Below are positions 39,151-47,552 of a stretch of DNA of 51,117 nt, one piece after another. The stretch is from assembly GCA_026984135.1 (NCBI GenBank), contig JALSSR010000152.1, positions 1 to 51,117 of the forward strand, written 5' to 3'. Positions within the stretch are counted from its first letter, which is position 1; every line of letters begins with the position of its first letter. Below the pieces are notes generated by a model. That model did not search any database. It worked only from the letters and a program-made list of their open reading frames with translations, and was not told where the DNA came from. Origin of the DNA: Bacteroidales bacterium (GTDB lineage Bacteria; Bacteroidota; Bacteroidia; Bacteroidales; JAADJA01). Position numbers and translations under genes: made by a program.

Positions 39151-41277
39151 ATGAGACTAAAGGCATTATTCATTATCGCAATAGCAGGACTTTTCATTGC
39201 TTGCAATTCAAATCAAAAACAGATGGAATCGAAAACAGGAACAAATCCGTTTTTTACTGAATACGATACACCGTTCGGTGTTCCGCCGTTTGACAAGATC
39301 AAACCGGAGGATTATCTCCCGGCTTTTAAGGAAGGCATTAAGCAACAGGATGATGAAATAGACGCCATTGTTAACAACCCCGAGCCTGCAACATTTGATA
39401 ATACGATTGTAGCTATGGAATATACCGGAGAGTTGTTGCGGAAGGTTTCAAATGTCTTTTTCAATTTGACCGAGGCAAACACAAACAAGCAGTTGCAAGA
39501 GATTGAAAAAGAGGTTGCCCCGTTGCTGGCAAAGCATAACGACAATATAAATATGAACGGGAAATTGTTTGCGAGGGTAAAAACAGTTAATGACAAAAAG
39601 GATGATTTAAACCTTTCGGTAGAGCAAAAGAAACTTCTTGAGGAGACATATAAAGGCTTTGTCAGGGGCGGAGTAGGACTCACGGGAAAGGATGCCGAAG
39701 AGTTCAGGAAAATAAACGGTGAGTTGTCGTCACTAACGGTTAAATTCGGCGAGAATCTGCTTGCCGAAACCAACGCTTTCAAACTTGTTATTGATAATAA
39801 GGATGACCTTGCGGGATTGCCGGATTTTGTAGTCGAAATGGGTGCTGCCGAAGCTAAAGCCGACGGAATGGACGGGAAATGGGTCTTTACACTTGATAAA
39901 TCAAGTATGATTCCTTTTTTGCAATATTCGGCAAAAAGAGATTTGCGCGAAAAGATTTTTAAGGCTTATATCAATAGGGGGAACAATAATAATGAGCATG
40001 ATAATAAGGCTGTTGCTTCCAAAATTGCAGCTCTGAGAGTAAAACGTGCAAATTTGTTGGGATTCAAAACACACGCCGATTATGTTCTGGACGAAAATAT
40101 GGCGAAAACACCCGAAAATGTTTATAACCTTATGAATCAGGTGTGGGATGCAGCTCTGCCTGTTGCCAAAGAGGAAGCAAAAACTTTACAGTCAATGATT
40201 GATGCCGGAGGAGGAGACTTTAAACTGCAGCCCTGGGACTGGTGGTACTATACCGAAAAACTTCGTAAAGAGAAGTATGCTCTCGATGATGAGCAGTTGA
40301 AACCCTATTTCGAACTTAATAATGTCAGAAATGGAATGTTTGAAGTAGCTCACAGGCTTTACGGCTTGAATTTCAAAGAGATAAAGGATATCCCGAGACC
40401 TCATCCCGATGCAAAAGCTTTTGAGGTACTTAATGATGACGGGTCGCTTCAGGCCATTCTGTATATGGACTTTTTCCCGCGTTCAAGCAAAAGAGGAGGT
40501 GCCTGGATGGATACCTACAGAAAACAGTATAAAACCCGGGACGGTAAAAATGTCATTCCCGTTGTAACAATGGTGATGAACTTTTCCAAACCCACCGGAA
40601 CAAAACCCTCCTTACTTACTTTTGAGGAGGTTTCAACCATGTTTCACGAGTTTGGTCATTCGCTGCACGGTATGTTGAGTAATTGTACTTACAGGTCGCT
40701 TTCGGGGACTTCCGTTGCAAGGGACTTTGTGGAGATGCCTTCACAGTTTATGGAAAACTTTGCTTCCGACCCGCAGGTTTTGAAAATGTATGCAAAAAAT
40801 TATGAAACCGGTGAACCTATTCCCGATGAGCTTATTGAAAAAATGAATGCAACATCACATTTCAATCAGGGATTCATTACAGTAGAATATACCTCTGCCG
40901 CCTATCTTGATATGGATTGGCATACTTTAACCGAACCTGTTGAAAAAGATGTCATTGAATTTGAAAACGCTTCAATGAAAAAGATAGGTCTTATACCCCA
41001 AATAGTTGTAAGGTACAGAACGCCCTATTTTGCTCATATCTTTTCAGGTGGTTATTCGGCTGGTTATTACAGTTATCTGTGGGCTGAGGTGCTGGATGCC
41101 GACGCTTTTGAAGCATTCAAGGAAAACGGTATTTTCGATAAGAAAACGGCGGATTCCTTCCGTACTAATATCCTTGAAAAAGGCGGAACCGAAGACCCGA
41201 TGGTGCTCTACGAACGGTTCAGAGGCAGAAAGCCAAGTATTGAACCTATGCTGAAAAGGAAGGGCCTTCTGAAATAG
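39151..41277 (+). CDS. dcp: M3 family peptidyl-dipeptidase Dcp (lipoprotein)
   Basis: Lipobox FIAC, KRGGAWM, FHEFGHSLH, RDFVEMPSQ, HIFSGGYSAGYYSYLWAE. Confidence 0.9.
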   Translation: MRLKALFIIAIAGLFIACNSNQKQMESKTGTNPFFTEYDTPFGVPPFDKIKPEDYLPAFKEGIKQQDDEIDAIVNNPEPATFDNTIVAMEYTGELLRKVSNVFFNLTEANTNKQLQEIEKEVAPLLAKHNDNINMNGKLFARVKTVNDKKDDLNLSVEQKKLLEETYKGFVRGGVGLTGKDAEEFRKINGELSSLTVKFGENLLAETNAFKLVIDNKDDLAGLPDFVVEMGAAEAKADGMDGKWVFTLDKSSMIPFLQYSAKRDLREKIFKAYINRGNNNNEHDNKAVASKIAALRVKRANLLGFKTHADYVLDENMAKTPENVYNLMNQVWDAALPVAKEEAKTLQSMIDAGGGDFKLQPWDWWYYTEKLRKEKYALDDEQLKPYFELNNVRNGMFEVAHRLYGLNFKEIKDIPRPHPDAKAFEVLNDDGSLQAILYMDFFPRSSKRGGAWMDTYRKQYKTRDGKNVIPVVTMVMNFSKPTGTKPSLLTFEEVSTMFHEFGHSLHGMLSNCTYRSLSGTSVARDFVEMPSQFMENFASDPQVLKMYAKNYETGEPIPDELIEKMNATSHFNQGFITVEYTSAAYLDMDWHTLTEPVEKDVIEFENASMKKIGLIPQIVVRYRTPYFAHIFSGGYSAGYYSYLWAEVLDADAFEAFKENGIFDKKTADSFRTNILEKGGTEDPMVLYERFRGRKPSIEPMLKRKGLLK

Positions 41278-41283
41278 AATCCG

Positions 41284-41326
41284 AAGGTATTTTCCTGCGG
41301 TGAAAGGAAAAACATACCGATTCTAC
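41284..41326 (+). terminator. Possible hairpin downstream of dcp
   Basis: Imperfect stem GGTATTTTCCT...AGGAAAAACATACC. Confidence 0.4.
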
Positions 41327-41372
41327 GTATTAGATTGTATAACATTTGGTAAATCAGAAAATAAATACCATA

Positions 41373-41405
41373 ATTCCCCTCTTTAGAGGGGTGTAGGGGT
41401 GTGTT
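41373..41405 (-). repeat. Solitary REP-like palindrome
   Basis: Minus strand reads AACACACCCCTACA-CCCCTC-TAAA-GAGGGG-AAT, the same architecture as the hairpins flanking DUF559. Confidence 0.6.
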
Positions 41406-41573
41406 AAATTATTAATAAACTGATGCTGAACGAAAATGCAAATTTCTTCGAGATAAATTTGCTATAATTCAGGTAATTATATAAAAGAGAATTTACAAAG
41501 TTTATGCGTTTTAGTATAACATTTATTTTCTGATTTACTAATTTGTATTCATTTAATTTTAAACAACTTAATA

Positions 41574-43151
41574 TTATTCTTTAATAACTTTCAAAATATC
41601 CGATACCTCATTTCCTTTTTGAATGCTGATAAAATATATACCGCTCTGAAGGTTTGAGCCGGCTACTATTCTACCCGTTTGTTCCGTGACAGGCTTCTCC
41701 TCGACAATCCTTCCCGTAAGGTCATAAATTCTGTACGATGCACCGGTAGTGACAGGGCTGTCGAAAAAATATTCCGCTACAATTTGAGTGCGAAAGGGAT
41801 TGGGATAAACAGCCAGACCTATTTGTTCAGGGTTTTCGATTCCTGTGGTAACCGAATAGCTCATTTCAACATTCAGATTTGTAACAACACCGTTCTCAAG
41901 GATTACATCGTCTAAAACTTTTGTGTCGTATCCCTCTTTTGAAAACTCAAAGGTGAATGTTCCTTCTTCAAGTGTGCCGAATCCGAAAGTTCCCGTATTG
42001 TCCGTTTGTCCTCCGAAGTCAATGCCGGTAACACTCCAGATAACATCACTTAGAGGTTCTCCGCTTATGCTGTCAAGCACGATGCCTTCAATTCTGGAAG
42101 CGTGTTTGTAGTCAACCGATAAAATGTAAAGTCCCTCTTCAATGTCGGAAGCAAGTATGTTGCCTGAAGGCAGGAAAGGATAAACACCCCAGCAACCTGC
42201 ATAACCGCCGCCTGAAAAAGGCGAAGTGTCAAAATTTGCAACTTCAATCATATCCGCCGGATTGCTGACGTCATGAATAACCACTCCATCCTTGTAATAA
42301 GAGGTTATGATGAAATCATTCATAAAGTGAGTATTATGCGGAATGACACCGCTGCCCGGGTTTGACTGAACTTTGTCCAATTCCGCAATATTATTAATAT
42401 CCGAAACATCGTAAGCTGCCACATAACCGCTTCCGACTTCATCGGTAGTGAAAACATAATTACCATTATCCGATACCCAGGAGTTGTGGGTGAAATTGCC
42501 AGGTGTATAGGCAGTTGCCATAACGAAGGGGGCTGCCGGATTCGTAACATCAACCATGGCAAAAAATCCGTTGTATATCGCACTTCCGTATAAAATGTTA
42601 TTTTTAACCATCCCGTCGTGCAGATAATAATCATTAAATCTTCCCAGTTCAACCGGATTCATCGGATCTTGAGTAAGGTCGCATATTATTGCTCCTCCGT
42701 TGCCGTTATCGGCACCGAAAATATATAATCTTCCGTTTTCATCAATATATATGTTGTGCGCATCCGAAAAAGGATAACCCGAACCCGTAAAAAAAGATGT
42801 ATTGGTTATTTCCCCGTCAGGTAGCGGGCTCATATCAACAATAAATACCCCTCCGGTACTTTCGGATGAAACATAGGCATAGTCACCCCAGGTCTTTATG
42901 TCGCGCCAGATGGAAGGATCCTCATTGCCGAAATAGACTTCAACAGGATTTGCAGGTTCCGTGACATCCACAATGGAAAGCCCTTCATAAACTCCCACAA
43001 GTGCATATTCGTTACCCGTTTCATCAACATAGCCCCAAACATCACTGATGTCGTTTGTATATTCAAGTTTCCCGAGTAACCCCATATTGAGTTGTGCAAA
43101 GGTTATAAAAGTAATGTTGAAAATGGCAATGGAAATAAAAAATCGTTTCAT
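41574..43151 (-). CDS. Choice-of-anchor B / LVIVD-repeat protein with carboxypeptidase-regulatory-like domain and T9SS CTD
   Basis: SDVWGYVDETGNEYALVG, AHNIYID, THNSW, PHNTH, GCWGVYPFLPSG; CTD VYPNPF. Confidence 0.8.
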   Translation of the reverse strand: MKRFFISIAIFNITFITFAQLNMGLLGKLEYTNDISDVWGYVDETGNEYALVGVYEGLSIVDVTEPANPVEVYFGNEDPSIWRDIKTWGDYAYVSSESTGGVFIVDMSPLPDGEITNTSFFTGSGYPFSDAHNIYIDENGRLYIFGADNGNGGAIICDLTQDPMNPVELGRFNDYYLHDGMVKNNILYGSAIYNGFFAMVDVTNPAAPFVMATAYTPGNFTHNSWVSDNGNYVFTTDEVGSGYVAAYDVSDINNIAELDKVQSNPGSGVIPHNTHFMNDFIITSYYKDGVVIHDVSNPADMIEVANFDTSPFSGGGYAGCWGVYPFLPSGNILASDIEEGLYILSVDYKHASRIEGIVLDSISGEPLSDVIWSVTGIDFGGQTDNTGTFGFGTLEEGTFTFEFSKEGYDTKVLDDVILENGVVTNLNVEMSYSVTTGIENPEQIGLAVYPNPFRTQIVAEYFFDSPVTTGASYRIYDLTGRIVEEKPVTEQTGRIVAGSNLQSGIYFISIQKGNEVSDILKVIKE

Positions 43152-43423
43152 AACATTTAATTTTAAATTAGTATTACAAGTATTTATTAGTAAATTGAAT
43201 TTGCCTTAAAATTCAATCTTAGTCTTTGATATACCGCAATTTATATAAAAAAACAACAGTATGAATAATACGATTCAAAAAGGGAATAGTATCATAAAAA
43301 CATATATTGCCCTTTTATTGTTCAATCTTAACGGTATTATTTTGAATCATTCTAAATTTTAAAAATAATTTCCTAATACTCTTATGTTTAGATTTGATTT
43401 TTTGACAGCAAACTGTTTATAAT

Positions 43424-43454
43424 TTTGCGATATTGAAATTATATTTTACTTTTG
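43424..43454 (+). promoter_or_regulatory. sigma-A promoter for the cytochrome gene
   Basis: TTTG at 43424-43427, 19-nt spacer, TACTTTTG at 43447-43454. Confidence 0.7.
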
Positions 43455-43497
43455 TCATATCTAAATAAGTAAATATGTCTAACTAATACTTACTACA

Positions 43498-44946
43498 ATG
43501 AAAACACGCATTACTTTAATTGTAATTGTTATCACGGGAATTTTTCTTTTCGAATCTTTTTACAATCCTGGCGATGATCCCAAATCCGGTCAATATGTTA
43601 TAATCGGTTGGAATGACCTTGGGATGCACTGCGCCAACAAAGATTTCAGTAAATTTGCAATTCTTCCTCCCTATAATAATCTGCATGCACAGGTTGTAAA
43701 AGTGGGTGATGCAGATAACAATCCAGAACTTGTAACAACAAATGTAAATGTTACTTATGAGGTGCCGGGAAACACTTATTCGGTCGGTAAGACAAATTTC
43801 TGGGATTATGAAGATCAGCTTTTCGGAGTAAATCTTCCGGATAATACGGGCTTGACAGGTGCAGGGCTTTCAGGTGATATGGAAATTCAGGATAACTATT
43901 TCATAAAGGAAGGTATCCCTTTGACGCCTTATACCGATGATAATCTTACGGACGAAGACCCCTATCAACTTGCTTTACTGCAAGCTTATGACGGGCAAAA
44001 TAATCTTTTGGCAAGTACACAACCGGTAATTCCCGTCTCAAACGAGATAAGCTGTGTCAGCTCGGGTTGCCATTCAAGTGAGAATGATATTTTGTATGAA
44101 CATGAGGAGGAGGGAGGCTTCGACCCTAACAACACGCCGATTTTATGTGCCGAGTGCCACTCTTCCAATGCTTTGGGAACTCCAGGCACACCGGGTTTGG
44201 AGTCGTTGTCGGAGGTAATACACGATCAGCATGCCGAAGAAACGAATGATTGTTACAAATGTCATCCCGGGTCACAAGCTCAATGCCTGAGGGGTGTGAT
44301 GCATGGAGCCGGACTGGTATGTCAGGATTGTCATGGTAGTGTGGCACATGTTGCCCAGACCATAGCCAACGGCCGCGAACCCTGGCTTGAGGAGCCTAAA
44401 TGCGGAGCAACCGACTGCCACGGACCTGATTATGCCGAAGAACCGGGTAAACTGTTCAGACAATCAAAGGGACACAGCGACCTTTATTGCAGTGCTTGTC
44501 ATGGCTCACCCCACGCAATCCTGCCGTCCACAAACGACAGGGATAATGTGCAGAATATTGCTCTTCAGGGATATGAGGGTACTTTGCAGGAATGTACGGT
44601 TTGCCACGGAGTAGCACCAACCGGAGCCGGCCCTCACGGTATTTTGGCTACGGCAGTTAAGGAAATTCCTAACTCAGGCATTACTTCCGATGCTATTGAA
44701 AAGATTTATCCCAATCCAGCTTCCGGAAACCTGACAATTGCTTTTACCGTTAACGAAAGGTCTAAAGTTGATATTTCTCTTTATACCCTTGCCGGACAAA
44801 AGGTTGCAACCGCTTTGAATCATACTCTTTCGCAAGGTGAATATGAAGCGTCATTCAACGTTTCGGAACAGGAAGCCGGTGTTTATCTTATAGTACTTAA
44901 CAACGGAAAATCTACCGATAATATGAGAGTGGTAATTACAAAATAA
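43498..44946 (+). CDS. Multiheme c-type cytochrome (5 CXXCH plus 2 CX4CH) with T9SS C-terminal sorting domain
   Basis: Hydrophobic N-terminus; GWNDLGMHC motif; CVSSGCH, CAECH, CYKCH, CQDCH, CGATDCH, CSACH, CTVCH; CTD IYPNPASG...LAGQKV...GVYLIVL...RVVITK. Confidence 0.9.
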   Translation: MKTRITLIVIVITGIFLFESFYNPGDDPKSGQYVIIGWNDLGMHCANKDFSKFAILPPYNNLHAQVVKVGDADNNPELVTTNVNVTYEVPGNTYSVGKTNFWDYEDQLFGVNLPDNTGLTGAGLSGDMEIQDNYFIKEGIPLTPYTDDNLTDEDPYQLALLQAYDGQNNLLASTQPVIPVSNEISCVSSGCHSSENDILYEHEEEGGFDPNNTPILCAECHSSNALGTPGTPGLESLSEVIHDQHAEETNDCYKCHPGSQAQCLRGVMHGAGLVCQDCHGSVAHVAQTIANGREPWLEEPKCGATDCHGPDYAEEPGKLFRQSKGHSDLYCSACHGSPHAILPSTNDRDNVQNIALQGYEGTLQECTVCHGVAPTGAGPHGILATAVKEIPNSGITSDAIEKIYPNPASGNLTIAFTVNERSKVDISLYTLAGQKVATALNHTLSQGEYEASFNVSEQEAGVYLIVLNNGKSTDNMRVVITK

Positions 44947-44962
44947 TGTAATATCCGGTTTG

Positions 44963-46081
44963 TTAAAGTCTTGTAAGCCATTTGGCTAAAAAAACATCAT
45001 AAACATAGTACTTAGCATCTTTTTTGTAGATCATCTTTTTCTCCAAAAGAGATTTTATACCTCGACGAACCGTGGATGTGGTGCTTAAGTTGTATTTTTT
45101 AATGAATTTGGAGGTTGTAACCTGACTTATTCCTTCTTCTTTTGCGAGGGCTATAAGTAAATCCCATTGTTGTTTTGTCAGTAAATCTCTATATTCGGAA
45201 AAATAAACTTCATTCTCGTTTAAGATATTAAAAAAGACCTCTTTAACAACTTTGTTGTCAATGTTTTTTTCCTCTGAACCGTATAACTTATTACATAAAT
45301 ACTGAACATAATAGGTGTGTCGTCGGGTCATTGTTAAAATGTTTTTTATCGCCTCATCCTCTATTGAAATAGCATTATTATTGAAGTTTGTTTTGATGAA
45401 TTCCGAATACTCCGATGCAGGTATTTCTTCAAGGTGCATAAATTCGGTACTTTGATAAAAGGGTCGTTTTGCATCGGTGAACATACTTGTTAACAAATGC
45501 TTGTCGCTGCCTGAAAAAATAAAGTTGACATTTAATAATTTTTGAATATTCGTTCTAAGCAGTGCCTCCACATTTTTCTCGGGATAATCGGCAATTTGTT
45601 GAAACTCGTCAATTGCTATTACAACAGGTGTTTCCCGACTCCTTTGCTCGAGAAATCCGAATATCTCCTCTATTGTATTTACACCTGAGGCTTCGTTATT
45701 TATATTGAATGAAAAAACAGGGGCTCCCGTAAAGCTATCATAAGTTATTGTCGGCCTAATGCTGCTTATAAATGATTTTATCATTCTCTTTATTTTTTCG
45801 GGAAAAGATTCTTTTTCGGTAAGCAGACTTGTGCCGAATTTATTAATAAATCCCAATAGTGAAGATGTATGATATATGTCAAAATAGACTAAATCATAAT
45901 CCTTTGTATTGTTCAGCTTATTAAAAACATGATGTATCAGACCTGTCTTCCCCATTTTCCGTATTGATGACAAGGTGAGATTTCGTTGGTTTTCTATCGC
46001 ATTAATTATTCTTTTTGTCTCATCTTTCCTGTTGCAAAAATATTCAGGACCTGCATACTCTTTTAGTGTAAAAGGATTCAT
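44963..46081 (-). CDS. AAA+ family ATPase with C-terminal winged helix (archaeal-ATPase-like)
   Basis: MNPF...YFCNR, SIRKMGKT (Walker A), IAIDEFQ (Walker B), FIFSGS, and a C-terminal DVFLAKWL. Confidence 0.82.
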   Translation of the reverse strand: MNPFTLKEYAGPEYFCNRKDETKRIINAIENQRNLTLSSIRKMGKTGLIHHVFNKLNNTKDYDLVYFDIYHTSSLLGFINKFGTSLLTEKESFPEKIKRMIKSFISSIRPTITYDSFTGAPVFSFNINNEASGVNTIEEIFGFLEQRSRETPVVIAIDEFQQIADYPEKNVEALLRTNIQKLLNVNFIFSGSDKHLLTSMFTDAKRPFYQSTEFMHLEEIPASEYSEFIKTNFNNNAISIEDEAIKNILTMTRRHTYYVQYLCNKLYGSEEKNIDNKVVKEVFFNILNENEVYFSEYRDLLTKQQWDLLIALAKEEGISQVTTSKFIKKYNLSTTSTVRRGIKSLLEKKMIYKKDAKYYVYDVFLAKWLTRL

Positions 46082-46095
46082 AGGACTTTTTTTTG

Positions 46096-46126
46096 CAAAG
46101 ATATGAATTTTTTTATTTAAAACAAA
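46096..46126 (-). promoter_or_regulatory. sigma-A promoter for the AAA ATPase
   Basis: Minus strand: TTTG (46126-46123), 19-nt spacer, TATCTTTG (46103-46096). Confidence 0.7.
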
Positions 46127-46164
46127 ATGTTTAAAACAAAATGTTTAAAACAAAATGTTTAAAA
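46116..46164. repeat. 14-bp tandem repeat, 3.5 copies
   Basis: (TTTAAAACAAAATG)x3 plus TTTAAAA. It overlaps the ATPase -33 box and the DUF3810 stop codon. Confidence 0.9.
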
Positions 46165-47265
46165 TTGCAAAACACCTTTTTTACTGTAATCATTCAACAG
46201 GAGTGTAACCATAAGTCCGTAACTTTTAATACCCGCTTTTTGGTTGTTGGCTTTTAGATATTTGTCATAAACCTTGTCGGAATATTTTTCAAAAGGGTTC
46301 TTAAATTTTAACCAATATTTGCGGTTTTCGTCAAGGTCCGACTTAACGCCGGCAGATATTTTTTTACGTAGTTCGTCAAACGATACGGGATCGCTTTTTC
46401 TTAATGCGTTTAATGAATAGCGCATTGCCATAAGATAGCCCGAATATCTGAAAACGGGATTGTTGCTTCTCCGGCAGGCGGTAAAAGAAACATAATTGGC
46501 CTCATCTTCGGGTGCAATACCTGCCTGATGTGCCATTTCGTGACAAACGGTGGCAGGCAGAAGGAATAGGGGAGGATCGGAGTTTACGTTTGCCTCACCC
46601 GTAAACGGATTGTAAATGCCTGTAACTCCGAGATATGAAAATAAACCGGTAAATAAAATACTTTTTACGGACGGAAGTGCATAATAAAGATTCCTGTTTC
46701 CGATTTTCAAATCAATGTATGAGTTATATGCATCTGATATGATGTCGCTTTTTTTAATTTTTTGTAATTCTCCCGAATCCCCGATAGCTTTTCTGTTTTC
46801 GTTGGTTTCGGTTATCAGAATTTCACATAGACTTTTTAATTGTTCGGTTGAAAATTTCTTCCCCGCAACATTTACCAACGGTTCTCTGTGGTAATTAAAA
46901 CCCCATAGGACCATAAACAGGAAGTATATAATTGAACCGGTTGCAATAAGAGTTGTCAACGAACCGGTTATAAATGAAAAGGCGGTTTGTTTTTTCTTTG
47001 ATATTCGATAAATGCCTCCGAATAAATAATACGGAATGAAAAGTATTAAGAAATAAACCGCTATTTCGCCGAAGGAAAAGGGCAACCATTTTGTCACTGC
47101 CCGTAATAAAAACGATAAGAATCCGTAAAGCCCTTCGGAATACCAAACTTCAACAAAATGAGGGTAAGAATTGATAACGGAAAACAGTAACCATTGTACG
47201 GGTAAAAGAATAATCCACAGTGTTTTCCATGACCATACTATAAAAGGCTTTTTAATTGCTTTCAT
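46159..47265 (-). CDS. DUF3810 family membrane protein (putative zincin)
   Basis: VEVWYSEGLY, WGFNYHR, GIYNPFTGEANVN, CHEMAHQAG (HExxH), EDEANY. Confidence 0.85.
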   Translation of the reverse strand: MKAIKKPFIVWSWKTLWIILLPVQWLLFSVINSYPHFVEVWYSEGLYGFLSFLLRAVTKWLPFSFGEIAVYFLILFIPYYLFGGIYRISKKKQTAFSFITGSLTTLIATGSIIYFLFMVLWGFNYHREPLVNVAGKKFSTEQLKSLCEILITETNENRKAIGDSGELQKIKKSDIISDAYNSYIDLKIGNRNLYYALPSVKSILFTGLFSYLGVTGIYNPFTGEANVNSDPPLFLLPATVCHEMAHQAGIAPEDEANYVSFTACRRSNNPVFRYSGYLMAMRYSLNALRKSDPVSFDELRKKISAGVKSDLDENRKYWLKFKNPFEKYSDKVYDKYLKANNQKAGIKSYGLMVTLLLNDYSKKGVLQF

Positions 47266-47403
47266 TTCACAAGTTTCACCGATATTATATTTATCTTCAT
47301 ATAAATTGAGATTTGTTGCTTTGCAAAGCTAATGCTTTTATGTGTTCCGAAAGCATGATATAATAATTCTTAACAGAGCCTGCACATAAAAAATTATCGA
47401 AAT

Positions 47404-47434
47404 TTTGAAAAGTAGCAAAAAAATTGTATATTTG
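47404..47434 (+). promoter_or_regulatory. sigma-A promoter for the FISUMP gene
   Basis: TTTG at 47404-47407, 19-nt spacer, TATATTTG at 47427-47434. It overlaps the ORF-track start at 47424, which favours the GTG start at 47553. Confidence 0.7.
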
Positions 47435-47552
47435 CCTGTCCGAAACAGAAATATGCACTTGCATTGCGAAGATGTATTTTATGAAATTTAAAAATCCGCT
47501 TGACGATATATGTAATTATTATAGATTTATAAACTCATTAAAATCATATCCT

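Noticed and set aside
47424-47552. ORF-track N-terminal extension of the FISUMP gene
   Set aside because: It overlaps a well-spaced promoter, and the signal peptide begins at the in-frame GTG at 47553.
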